A stretch of 64,000 nt of DNA, from positions 52,614-116,613 of the forward strand of contig DATHUP010000049.1 in the NCBI GenBank assembly GCA_035462175.1. The letters are read 5' to 3'. Below, one piece after another: positions 1 through 9,084 of the stretch; position 1 is the first letter of the stretch, and each line of letters opens with the position of its first letter. The position numbers and the translations under genes are program-made. The notes beneath the pieces were generated by a model. The model was not told the DNA's origin and searched no databases. It was given only the letters and a program-made list of their open reading frames with translations. The DNA is from Acidimicrobiia bacterium. Its GTDB lineage: Bacteria > Actinomycetota > Acidimicrobiia > Spongiisociales > ZC4RG35.

Positions 1-2
1 AC

Positions 3-878
3 GCCGCCCTGATCGCCGTCGCCGTGGTCGCCATATTCGGCGCGGTCGGGGCCTTCGCCGTCGCCTACCGCAGGTCGCAGACCACCGAGAGGCCTGACCC
101 ATTGGCCGGCGTTTCCGAGGAGACCCGCGCCGCCGACCGGGGGACGCGGGCGGCGGCGATCCCTGCTCCGGTCGAGGTGAGCGATGAGGTCGAGCAGGTC
201 GAGGAGACCGCCGAGCCCGAGCCGGAACCGGTCGACGAGGAGCCCGAGGCCGTGGTGGGGATCGTGGAGGCGCAGCGCATCGTGGAGGTGTCGCCCGAGG
301 AGGGCGGTGTCAGCCGGCGTCAGTTCTTCAACCGGGCGATCACGGCCACCTTCGGCACGTTCCTGGCTGCGCAGGGTCTCTACTACCTGGCTTTCTTCTG
401 GCCCAAGCTGACCGGCGGGTTCGGCGCCGACATCGACGCCGGGTCGATCTCCGATCTCCGCACCCAGGTGTTCACCCCGGCGGGCGGGATCCTGCCGGTG
501 TTCATCCCCGAGGCGCGGGCTTACCTGGTCCCTGCCCCTGGTGAGCTCTCCGAGCAGTTCGAGGGCGCCAGCGTGGCCACCGATGGCCTGATGGCCCTCT
601 ACATGCGTTGTGTCCATCTCGGCTGCCGGGTTCCATGGTGTGCACCCTCCCAGGGTTTCGAATGTCCGTGTCACGGGTCGAGGTACAACGCCGTCGGCGA
701 GTACTTCGGTGGGCCGGCGCCGCGCAACCTCGACCGGTTCGTGGTGGAGAACCGTGGAGGCAACCTCGTGATCCGAACCGGAAGCATCATCGAGACACCA
801 CGCGCCCCGGAACTGAGCATCCAGTACCCACAGGGCCCGAGCTGCATCAGCGCCGTGGCTGCGAGCCCCGAGGCATGA
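3..878 (+). CDS. qcrA: Rieske 2Fe-2S iron-sulfur subunit (cytochrome bc-type complex); 5' end lies outside the window
   Basis: CVHLGC...CPCHGS Rieske boxes; N-terminal TM helix; reading frame is open back to the window edge (the GTG at 24 is only the first start within the window). Confidence 0.75.
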   Translation, partial: AALIAVAVVAIFGAVGAFAVAYRRSQTTERPDPLAGVSEETRAADRGTRAAAIPAPVEVSDEVEQVEETAEPEPEPVDEEPEAVVGIVEAQRIVEVSPEEGGVSRRQFFNRAITATFGTFLAAQGLYYLAFFWPKLTGGFGADIDAGSISDLRTQVFTPAGGILPVFIPEARAYLVPAPGELSEQFEGASVATDGLMALYMRCVHLGCRVPWCAPSQGFECPCHGSRYNAVGEYFGGPAPRNLDRFVVENRGGNLVIRTGSIIETPRAPELSIQYPQGPSCISAVAASPEA

Positions 879-2770
879 CCGCCAACATCATCACGGTCAT
901 CGCCGTGGTCGCCGGGATCGCTTGGCTCGGCGTGTTGTTCATCTCCGCCATCCGCGGCCGCGGCGGCGAGGAGGTCGCCCCCAACCTCCGGCCCGGGATC
1001 GACGACGAGAAGATCGAGACCCGCCGGCTGGAGGGAGGTCAGAAAGCGGCCATCGCCTTCTCCGCCTTCCTTGCCGTGTCGCTTCCCCTCTACTTCCTCG
1101 GTGAGCCGGCCCGGCAAGATGGGTTCGTGGACGAGTTCTCCACCGCCTCGGTCACCCGTGGCCAGCACATCGTCGAGGAGTTCGCCTGCTTTTCCTGTCA
1201 TGGCCCGGAAGGCTCCGGTGGCACCACCAACTATGTGGAGAAGAGGTCGGGGGTGACGGTGTCCTGGGCCGCCCCCTCACTCGACGACGTCTTCTACAGG
1301 TACGACGAGGACGAGGTCAACTACTGGGTCACCTACGGCCGGGGGAACACCCCCATGCCACCGTGGGGAATTCCCGGCGGGGGGCCGCTCAACGCAGACC
1401 AGGTGACCGACGTCGTCAGCTATCTGAGGACCATTCAGGTGCCCCAGGAGGAGAACCTGGCCGATGTCGAACCGGGGATCAGCGGTGCCTTGGATGCGCT
1501 GACCAACGCCGACGCCACGGTCGAGGCCGCCATCCTGGCCCAGCGCCAGGTGTTGGCCCAGATCGAGGCGGCAGAGGGAGACGCCGCGATCGTCATCCCT
1601 CTGGCCGAAAGAGCGCGAACCGTGTTCGATGGCGCAGGTGACGGCCTGGACAGCGACGCCGACGGCCTCTCCGATGCCGCCGAGACCGAGCTGAGCGACA
1701 TCTCCCAACAGGCGTTGGAGGCCTTCCGGATCATGGAGACGGTGACCCTCGACCCGGAGACGCCCGACGCCGAGGCAGCCGAGTCGGCCATAGCCACGCT
1801 CGAGGCTGCAGCCGAGACCGACCCCATCGTGCTCTCCAATCTGACCGCCATCGAGGCCGCTGTCGAAGGGGGCTCAGTCGACCCCGAGGTGGGGCTCAGC
1901 CCCGCTGCCCTGGCGACTCTCGGTGAGATCCGGGACGAAGCCGAGGCAGCTGGTGTCGAGGTGCCCGAATCGGTCGAGAATTCCGACGACGCCGAAGCAC
2001 TCGTCGCCGCCCTCGAGGCGGCGGCATCCGAGTCGGCGGCAGCGGCGACAGAGGCGATCACCGCGGGGTCCGATCCCGATGGGGATGGGCTGTCGACGGA
2101 AGCGGAGACGACGATCACGACCCAGATCGAGGCGGCGATCGGCGCCACCATCCCCAACGAGGTGAGTGCGATCGCGCTGGACCCGACCAACCCCGCCTCG
2201 GTTGGAGGCGAGCCCGACGCCACCACCGCGAACCGCTTCGTGGGCAACCTGGAATCCCTGGCCACGACACTCGGAGTCACGGTCAGCAACGAGGATGCCC
2301 TCCGCGAAAACGAGAGCGCCGGTTTGGCATTCCTCGAGGAGGCCCTGGAAGCTCAGCTATACACGGTCGACTTCGAGGGCGTCGCCGGGGCGATGGGCTC
2401 GTCGGCGGAGGAGGCGGAGCGCGCCGTCGGTCTGTTCAACTCGAACTGCGCCCGCTGCCACACCGCGGGTTACAGCGCCGGCCCCGCTTTCACCCAGGAG
2501 GTGGGCTCGGGTGGCTTCGGCCCCGCGCTGTGGGACGGGCGGCCAACAGTTCAGTTCGGAGAGGCTGATGAGAATCCCGAGGAGGACCTGCTGATCCAGT
2601 TTCTGGTCGCCGGATCCGATTCCGAAGCGCCATACGGTCTCAACGGGTTCGGGTCGGGCCGGATGCCCGGATTCGGTCCCAGCCTCAGCCTCGAGGACAT
2701 CGAATTGCTCGCCCGGTATCTGAGAAGTGGCAACCTGGACGGGAAGGAGGGTGTCGATGTTCTTCCGTGA
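875..2770 (+). CDS. membrane-anchored diheme cytochrome c with a long acidic low-complexity linker
   Basis: Two CXXCH motifs (CFSCH, CARCH); two N-terminal TM helices; ATGA overlap with the upstream stop; ~330 aa Ala/Glu/Asp/Thr-rich linker with DxDxDG-like repeats. Confidence 0.65.
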   Translation: MTANIITVIAVVAGIAWLGVLFISAIRGRGGEEVAPNLRPGIDDEKIETRRLEGGQKAAIAFSAFLAVSLPLYFLGEPARQDGFVDEFSTASVTRGQHIVEEFACFSCHGPEGSGGTTNYVEKRSGVTVSWAAPSLDDVFYRYDEDEVNYWVTYGRGNTPMPPWGIPGGGPLNADQVTDVVSYLRTIQVPQEENLADVEPGISGALDALTNADATVEAAILAQRQVLAQIEAAEGDAAIVIPLAERARTVFDGAGDGLDSDADGLSDAAETELSDISQQALEAFRIMETVTLDPETPDAEAAESAIATLEAAAETDPIVLSNLTAIEAAVEGGSVDPEVGLSPAALATLGEIRDEAEAAGVEVPESVENSDDAEALVAALEAAASESAAAATEAITAGSDPDGDGLSTEAETTITTQIEAAIGATIPNEVSAIALDPTNPASVGGEPDATTANRFVGNLESLATTLGVTVSNEDALRENESAGLAFLEEALEAQLYTVDFEGVAGAMGSSAEEAERAVGLFNSNCARCHTAGYSAGPAFTQEVGSGGFGPALWDGRPTVQFGEADENPEEDLLIQFLVAGSDSEAPYGLNGFGSGRMPGFGPSLSLEDIELLARYLRSGNLDGKEGVDVLP

Positions 2771-3122
2771 GTTCTTCCGGTCGCTGCTGTCGGCCAATCT
2801 CTTCGTCACCGGGATACTCCTCACCCTGGCCTCGGTGGCCTTGTTCTACGGGTCGATCTACCTGTTCAACTTCACGAACCTGGGCAAGCGGCTCGGGTTC
2901 CTGGTGACCGGCTCGGCCGTGTTCGGCTGGCTCACCATCACCTCGATGTTGTTTGTGGTCTACGCCCCCCGAGGCCCCAAGCCCGACGACATCGAAGGGC
3001 TCAATGCCTTCGAGGTCAGGATCATCCCGATCACCTATCTACTCGTCTCCCTGGTGCTGTTCCTGGCGTTCCTGGTAGCCCTGCAGCAGTACGAGGAAGT
3101 GCAAGAGAAGTCGTCGGCCTAA
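2757..3122 (+). CDS. small integral membrane protein (3 predicted TM helices), possibly an accessory subunit
   Basis: ATG (MFFREFF...) overlapping the end of the cytochrome c gene; hydrophobic segments; ORF track 2727..3122. Confidence 0.4.
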   Translation: MFFREFFRSLLSANLFVTGILLTLASVALFYGSIYLFNFTNLGKRLGFLVTGSAVFGWLTITSMLFVVYAPRGPKPDDIEGLNAFEVRIIPITYLLVSLVLFLAFLVALQQYEEVQEKSSA

Positions 3123-3138
3123 TGCTCGATCCGACTAC

Positions 3139-3172
3139 CGACTACCGACCACTGAACTACTACGGCAGCCGC
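3139..3172. terminator. putative bidirectional stem-loop terminator between convergent genes
   Basis: actacggcagccgcc-taaa-ggcggcttccgtagt forms a ~14-bp GC-rich stem with one mismatch, between the + strand gene ending at 3122 and rex ending at 3173. Confidence 0.4.
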
Positions 3173-3790
3173 CTAAAGGCGGCTTCCGTAGTAACTCAGC
3201 ACCTGTAGCTCCATCGACAAGTCGACCTGTCTGACTGAGACGGTGTCGGGGACGTTGACCCTTACCGGGGCGAAGTTGAGGATGGAGTGGATGCCGTGCT
3301 CTACCAGCCGCTCCGCCACCTGTTGCGCGGCGACCGCGGGCACGGCGAGGATGGCTATCTCGAATACGTTGGAGCCACAGTCGCCGTCGATGTCGTCGAG
3401 ATGCTGGATGACGACGCTGCCCACCTTGGTACCGATCTTTCGAACGTCGGTGTCGTACAGGGCGACGACATCGAACCCGCGGCGGCCCAGTCCCGCGTAA
3501 TTGGCCAGGGCGCGACCCAGGTTTCCCGTCCCGACGATGGCCACCCGCTTTCTCTCGGCGATGCCCAACTCCTGACGGATCCGCGCCTTCAGCTCACCGA
3601 CCGAGTATCCGATGCCGCGGACTCCGTGGAAGTCGAGGTGGGAGAGGTCGCGCCGCACATTGGCGGCATTGGCCCCTGCCGCCGCGGCAAGCTCCTCGGA
3701 GCTGACCACGTCCCGGATCGCCTCGAGGTCCTCCAGCAACCGAAGGTAGCGGGGGAGCCGGACCACGGTGGCCTTTGGGATTCCGTTCAC
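3173..3790 (-). CDS. rex: redox-sensing transcriptional repressor Rex
   Basis: N-terminal winged helix (VVRLPRYLRLL) plus Rossmann GTGNLGRAL NADH-binding motif; GTG start. Confidence 0.85.
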   Translation of the reverse strand: MNGIPKATVVRLPRYLRLLEDLEAIRDVVSSEELAAAAGANAANVRRDLSHLDFHGVRGIGYSVGELKARIRQELGIAERKRVAIVGTGNLGRALANYAGLGRRGFDVVALYDTDVRKIGTKVGSVVIQHLDDIDGDCGSNVFEIAILAVPAVAAQQVAERLVEHGIHSILNFAPVRVNVPDTVSVRQVDLSMELQVLSYYGSRL

Positions 3791-3863
3791 AAGCGCACCT
3801 TAAAACCCGCGGGGCGTCTTTGGAATCCCGGCTACGGGGTCCCTGTATCTAACCTCACGAACG

Positions 3864-5102
3864 ATGCCATCTCCCTCGGTCCTGGTCGTTGGTGGGGGTC
3901 CGGCCGGCTCGGCCGCGGCCTACTGGCTGGCGCGAGACGGGCACGACGTGACGATCGTCGAGAAGAAGGAATATCCCAGGGACAAGACCTGTGGTGACGG
4001 TCTGACGCCCCGGGCCGTGCTCCAGCTCCAGGACATGGGTTTCGACTTCGACGTCGCGGAGTTCCACCTGATCACAGGTCTCCGCTCCTACGCCGGAGAC
4101 GATCTCATGCTCGAGTTGCCCTGGCCCGAGCACTCCCGCTTCCCCAGCTGGGGTGGTGTGATCCGGCGACGAGATCTCGATGCCCAGGTGGCGACACTCG
4201 CCGAGAAGCAGGGAGTCAGGATCATGGAGAAGACCCTGGCGACACCGACCATCGAGGAGGGAGTGCTCACCGGGGTCACCCTCGCTCACGACGGGGGCGA
4301 AGAGATCGTCACCCCGGATGTGACCGTCATCGCCGACGGCTCGATGAACCGGTTCGGGCGGGAGCTGGGGAGCGAGCGACGAAGGGATTACCCGATGGGC
4401 CTCGCCGCTCGCGGCTACTACTCGTCGTCCCGATCGACCGACCCGTTCCTGGAGAGCCAGCTGGACATGAGGGACTCGTCGGGGGCAACAATGCCCGGCT
4501 ACGGCTGGGTGTTCCCCCTAGGAGACGGAACAGTGAACGTCGGGGTCGGCCTTCTCTCCACGTTCAAACGATGGAAGCACGTGAACACGACCAGGATGCT
4601 GGCCGACTATGTCGCCACCGCCCCCGAGTACTGGGGGTTGGGCGAGGGATCCAAGCTCACCGACCCCGAAGGCGGAAAGCTGACCATGTCCTTTTCCAAG
4701 GGCCCTCTGGTCGGCGCCAACTGGATCACCATCGGTGACGCCGCAGGAGCGATCAACCCGTGGAACGGAGAGGGCATCTCCTATGCGTACGAGACCGGGC
4801 GCATCGCCGCCGATCATGTCGGTCGGGCATTGGGGACTGCAGATTTGGGGCTGTTGCGCCGATATCCACAACATCTGGAAGACGAATACGGGCTCTACTA
4901 CAAGACGGCCCGGATATTCGTGAAGTTGATCGGTCACCCGTCCGTGATGAGGACTCTGGCCCACACCGGGATGCGGAACCGCTCATTGATGGAATGGACC
5001 TTGAAGGTCATGGCCAACCTGCTCGACGAAGACGACAGACACATGGGAGAGCGGGTGTACGGCGCCCTGGCTGCGGTGGTCCGCGCCCTGCCGACGTCGT
5101 GA
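3864..5102 (+). CDS. geranylgeranyl reductase family FAD-dependent oxidoreductase (menaquinone/isoprenoid saturase-like)
   Basis: VVGGGPAGSAAA FAD-binding fingerprint; GDGLTPR; overall GGR-family architecture. Confidence 0.75.
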   Translation: MPSPSVLVVGGGPAGSAAAYWLARDGHDVTIVEKKEYPRDKTCGDGLTPRAVLQLQDMGFDFDVAEFHLITGLRSYAGDDLMLELPWPEHSRFPSWGGVIRRRDLDAQVATLAEKQGVRIMEKTLATPTIEEGVLTGVTLAHDGGEEIVTPDVTVIADGSMNRFGRELGSERRRDYPMGLAARGYYSSSRSTDPFLESQLDMRDSSGATMPGYGWVFPLGDGTVNVGVGLLSTFKRWKHVNTTRMLADYVATAPEYWGLGEGSKLTDPEGGKLTMSFSKGPLVGANWITIGDAAGAINPWNGEGISYAYETGRIAADHVGRALGTADLGLLRRYPQHLEDEYGLYYKTARIFVKLIGHPSVMRTLAHTGMRNRSLMEWTLKVMANLLDEDDRHMGERVYGALAAVVRALPTS

Positions 5103-5767
5103 GACCCGAGCTCGTCGTCTTCGATGTCAACGAGACCCTCCTCGACCTGTCGCCCCTGAGGATCGACTTCGAGGATGTTTTCGGAACCGCTGAGCCGTTG
5201 GGTGAGTGGTTCGCCCGGCTGCTGCATGGATCGCTGGTGTCCAACCACCTCGGGGACTACCGCGCTTTCGGCGTGATCGGGGTCGAGGCGCTGCTCCAGG
5301 TGGCGGAGCGACACGGTGTCGATCTCGACGAAGCCACCGCCACCGAAGTGGTCACCCGCCTCGCCATCCTGCCCGTCCATCTCGACGTGATTCCCGCCCT
5401 GGAGCGTCTCCTCGACGCCGGCTTCCGCACCGCCGCCCTGACCAACAGCAGCACGAAGGCCGCAAACGTCCAGATCGAGAATGCAGGGCTGCACACTTTC
5501 ATCCAACGCGTGGTGTCCGTAGAGGAGGTCGGCCGCTTCAAACCAGATCCTTCCACGTATCGACATGCGGCCCAGGTCATGGACGTCCAGATCGCCAGTT
5601 CCATGCTCGTCTCCGCGCACGACTGGGATGTCGCCGGGGCACTCCAGGCCGGAGCCGGGGCCGCGTTCATACGACGTCCCAGGCTGATGTGGAGCCTCCC
5701 AAGACCGATGCCGGACGTGACCGGGACCGACCTCACGGGAATCGCCGACCAGCTGATCGCCGGGTAG
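5099..5767 (+). CDS. HAD-superfamily hydrolase (haloacid dehalogenase type II-like)
   Basis: VFDVNETLLDL motif I; GTG start overlapping the upstream stop (GTGA); remainder of ORF 4760..5767. Confidence 0.55.
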   Translation: MRPELVVFDVNETLLDLSPLRIDFEDVFGTAEPLGEWFARLLHGSLVSNHLGDYRAFGVIGVEALLQVAERHGVDLDEATATEVVTRLAILPVHLDVIPALERLLDAGFRTAALTNSSTKAANVQIENAGLHTFIQRVVSVEEVGRFKPDPSTYRHAAQVMDVQIASSMLVSAHDWDVAGALQAGAGAAFIRRPRLMWSLPRPMPDVTGTDLTGIADQLIAG

Positions 5768-5799
5768 CTTCCGCCGACGGGGTGCTCTTCTCAGCGGCC

Positions 5800-6816
5800 C
5801 TAGAGGTGAGGGGCGACCTCCTCGGCCAGCTGTTGCATCAACTCCGCCTGTGCCTCGTACTCCAGGGTGGCGAAGTAGCTGCGGGCCACGAACTCGACCT
5901 CGATCCCGGCGCGCTCCCGCACCTGGAGCAGCGTGGACACGATCTCGTCGCTGGGGCCGGCGATGGTGAATCTCCGGTGCAGGCTCTTTCGATTCTCCTC
6001 GGTGAGATCGGGCGCGGGTGCTGGGGGGCCGGGTCTGGTGGCCGACGCCTCCATGTCGGAGTACTTCCATGTCATGTGCCAGACGTCATCGGCGTAACGC
6101 ATCCAGGCGACGTGGGCGTCCTCACCGGGAATGATCACCGAGTAGTGGACAACCCGCAGCTCGGCCGGGTCCCGACCGATGCGGTCACACTCATCCGTGA
6201 GCCAGCCGACCTGCTCGAGAAACTTGTCGGGCGAGACGTTGGAGAAGATGCCGTCGGCGAGCCGGGCGGCGCGGCGGATCGCCGGTTCGGCCCCGCCCCC
6301 GATCAGGATCGGGATGGATGAGGAAGGTGCGGGTCGCACCGCCAGCGCGGGCAGGTCGTACACCTTCCCCTGATGGCGGAACGGCTCGCCGGTCCAAGAC
6401 TTGCGGAGGATGGTGAGCGTCTCCTCCATGGCCTGGCCGCGTCGGCCCATCTCCGCGGCCAGACCGTCGAACTCGATGGGGATCCATCCCAGGCCCAGGC
6501 CAAGCGTGAACCGACCTCCGCTGAGGAGGCTGACAGTGGCGGCGTCCTCGGCAAGACGGAGTGGGTGGTGGAGCGGGGCGAGGATCACCCCGGTGCCGAT
6601 CTCGATGGTCGTGGTGGCGGCGGCGATGGCGCCGCTGACCACGGCGAGGGAGGGCATGTAGCCGTCGTCCACGAAGTGGTGCTCGGTGGTCCACACCGAG
6701 GAGAGCCCGAGTCTCTCCGCCTCCACGGCGAGGCGGATCGTCTCTTCGTAGGCGCGGGTCCAGTCGGTCTCGCCGGGACGGAGCTGGGCGCTGAGCAGAC
6801 CGAAGCCGAGGCTCAT
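5800..6816 (-). CDS. LLM-class F420-dependent oxidoreductase (luciferase-like monooxygenase family)
   Basis: TIM-barrel LLM motifs (SVWTTEHHF, GRFTLGLGLG). Confidence 0.7.
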   Translation of the reverse strand: MSLGFGLLSAQLRPGETDWTRAYEETIRLAVEAERLGLSSVWTTEHHFVDDGYMPSLAVVSGAIAAATTTIEIGTGVILAPLHHPLRLAEDAATVSLLSGGRFTLGLGLGWIPIEFDGLAAEMGRRGQAMEETLTILRKSWTGEPFRHQGKVYDLPALAVRPAPSSSIPILIGGGAEPAIRRAARLADGIFSNVSPDKFLEQVGWLTDECDRIGRDPAELRVVHYSVIIPGEDAHVAWMRYADDVWHMTWKYSDMEASATRPGPPAPAPDLTEENRKSLHRRFTIAGPSDEIVSTLLQVRERAGIEVEFVARSYFATLEYEAQAELMQQLAEEVAPHL

Positions 6817-6846
6817 GGGAAGCGGGTGTTGGTCATGGTGGGGAGA

Positions 6847-7890
6847 CTAAGGGAAGCGCCGGTGAGGTGGGTCAGGCCCCGATTCGGTTTCTCGGTGGAT
6901 TCTGGGGTGGTGGTAGCGGCAGAGGAGGCGCAGGTTGGAGGCTTCTGTGGGTCCGTTGTCGGCCCAGTGTTGGATGTGGTGGATGTCGCACCAGCGGGGG
7001 TTGCGGTCGCATCCGGGCCAGGTGCAGTGCCGGTCTCTGGCGATGACCGCCCGGCGGAGGGGGGTGGGGATGATCCTGGTGCGTCGGCCTACGTCGATGA
7101 TCTCCGAGTCCGGTCCGAGGATGATGCGGCTCGACGAGCAGTCACAGGTGACGGTGCGAAGCTCGGTGATGGTGAGCAGCCGGCCGCTTTCGGTTTCGTG
7201 GAGACCACCGGCGAGACCCTGTAGTGCGGGGAGGTCGCAGACTAGGTTGACGTGGGGTTTCTCCCCGCCCGTCCTCGCCCGGGGCAGGGATCAATGCGTT
7301 CAGTGCGGTGATCAGGGCTTCGCCGGCGAGACGGGTCATCCACCCGTCGACCCACCATCCCACCCAGGGTCGGTGAGGCGGAGATTCCCCTCATCTCTTC
7401 CTCCTCCAACTCGGTGAGCTGGGTGCCGGGCCCGTCCACCATCTGACGCCAGTACCCGAGGGCGCGACGGGTGTCTGTGACGGTCAGGTCTTCAACGATG
7501 GCGGCAAGCTTCGATTCGGCTTCAGAGAACTGGTCGGGCACTGTCACCGCCTGGTCGAGGAGAAGTGCCACCTGGTCGGTGGAGAGCCGGCCCGAAGTCC
7601 AGGCGACCAGCGTGGTTCGGGCTGCAGTCCGCACCCGTGACCTGGCGACGGCTCGGTGCGCCCGACCCGCCGCCATCCGACACCGGTCCTTGAGAAATGC
7701 GGTGACCGACGAGTAGCCATGACGGTCCGGACCGCCCCGCCGGTCGAAGACGGCGATACGACGGAGGCGTTCGTATTCGACCAGCCCCGAGATCAGCTCC
7801 AACTCGACCGGATCATCGGCCACCTGGTCGATTTGCAGCCGGTCGACCTCTTCGGCCTCCCACTCTTCCAATGCTGATCTGTGCTTCGAG
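6847..7890 (-). pseudogene. DUF222/HNH endonuclease (REP13E12-like), frameshifted copy
   Basis: Minus-strand translation gives an HNH C-terminus (WCDIHHIQHWADNGPTEASNLRLLCRYHH, stop near 6847) and a middle region (GYSSVTAFLKDRCRMAAGRAHR...). Both are homologous to the intact copy at 38604..39749 but lie in at least three different frames (shifts near 7270 and 7330). The 5' end abuts the IS30 element. Confidence 0.6.
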
Positions 7891-8930
7891 TCAAGGGGTG
7901 GTTGCAACGATGAGTTCGTCGAGCACTTCGGCGGGTGTCCTGTATGCGTGGGTCTTGCGGGGTCGCTGGTTGAGTTCGTCGGCGACGAGGTCGAGGTCGT
8001 TTTCGGTGAGTGGCGAGTAGTTGGCTCCTCGCGGGAAGTATTGGCGTAGGAGTCGGTTGGTGTTCTCGACGGTGCCCCGCTGCCAGGGGGAGTGTGGATC
8101 GCAGAAGTAGACGTCGATTCCGGTATCGACGGTGAACTGGGCGTGTTCTCCCATCTCGGACCCTTGATCCCAGGTGAGCGTTCTGGTGAGTGCTTGGGGA
8201 AGACTTCCGATCTTTCTGGCGATGGCATCTCGGACTGTTTCGGCACGACGGTTGTCGGGGAGGTGGAGCAGCATCACGAATCGGCTGGTCCGTTCGACGA
8301 GGACCCCTATCTGGGAGGCACCGTCTCGAGTTCCGATGATCAGGTCGCCTTCCCAGTGGCCGGGCACAGCCCGGTCGTCGACTTCGGCGGGTCGTTCCGA
8401 GATCATCACCATGTCTTTGAGCTTTCCCCGGCCTAGAACCCGGTAGCCACGGGGACGACGACGAGCCCGACCCGTGCGCAGAGCATGGCGCAACTCTCGG
8501 TCCAAACCGCCGCGACCCTGCAGATACAGCGACTTGTAGATGGTCTCGTGAGACACCCTCCAGTTTGGATCATCCGGATGTTCCAAGCGGAGCCTGCCCG
8601 CGATCTGCTGTGGCGACCAGCAGCGCCGAAGCCGGTGAGTCACCTCCGCGGCCAGCTCTGAGTTGGCCACCAGCTTCAACGGTTTCGGCCTCCGCGCCCG
8701 CTCTCCCGCAATCCGATGCGCCTTCCACGCCCCATACCGCTCCCGGCCACCATTACGAGCCACCTCCCGGCATATGGTCGAAGCCGGCCGACCCAACAGT
8801 CTCGCCGCCTCGCTCAACGACCGGTCGAACCGGATAGCCCTCTCGATCACATACCGCTCATCCCTCGACAACCGAGCACCAGCCACTCACTCCTCCAATC
8901 GCCGTTGCAACGATTGTTAGAACTTTTCGA
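7880..8930 (-). mobile_element. IS30-family insertion sequence (boundaries approximate)
   Basis: Contains a complete IS30 transposase; palindromic GTTGCAACGA motifs near both ends (~7901 and ~8905); sits next to a degenerate HNH gene. Confidence 0.7.
7891..8886 (-). CDS. IS30 family transposase (DDE)
   Basis: N-terminal HTH; HWEGDLI...DQGSEM...NTNRLLRQYFPRG catalytic DDE region typical of IS30. Confidence 0.85.
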   Translation of the reverse strand: MAGARLSRDERYVIERAIRFDRSLSEAARLLGRPASTICREVARNGGRERYGAWKAHRIAGERARRPKPLKLVANSELAAEVTHRLRRCWSPQQIAGRLRLEHPDDPNWRVSHETIYKSLYLQGRGGLDRELRHALRTGRARRRPRGYRVLGRGKLKDMVMISERPAEVDDRAVPGHWEGDLIIGTRDGASQIGVLVERTSRFVMLLHLPDNRRAETVRDAIARKIGSLPQALTRTLTWDQGSEMGEHAQFTVDTGIDVYFCDPHSPWQRGTVENTNRLLRQYFPRGANYSPLTENDLDLVADELNQRPRKTHAYRTPAEVLDELIVATTP

Positions 8931-9084
8931 GAGAGCTCAAACCCACCTTCGAACATCTGTTCGATACGCTACAGGGAGGCCGAGACAGATTCCAGGGGGC
9001 CGTCTGTTGTCTTCTTGTGAATCCTCGCGATGAGTTCTCGACCCGCTCGAGGTCTAGAGCGCAACCACGAAAGGAGGGTTCCTG

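Noticed and set aside
1435-2289. Long antisense ORFs in the ORF track: 1435-2289 (-), 17798-19111 (-), 19190-21340 (-), 21664-22821 (-), 24649-26043 (-), 59125-60606 (-), 60610-62049 (-), and others.
   Set aside because: Typical high-GC artefacts opposite strongly supported genes (nuo subunits, cytochrome c). They are low-complexity, Arg/Pro/Gly-rich, and show no domain signatures.
6373-7224. 283-aa plus-strand ORF, and other 6.2-7.4 kb overlapping ORFs.
   Set aside because: They lie antisense to the LLM oxidoreductase and the HNH pseudogene. They are Gly/Arg/Asp-rich with no motifs, so they are judged spurious.
7242-8246. 334-aa ORF on the minus strand.
   Set aside because: It is a chimera: its N-terminal 118 codons are a wrong-frame read through the IS30 transposase gene, and the remainder is the middle part of the frameshifted DUF222/HNH pseudogene.
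9014-9020. TTGTGAA as a Rex operator.
   Set aside because: It is a half-site only, with no inverted partner at the expected spacing, so it is likely a chance match.
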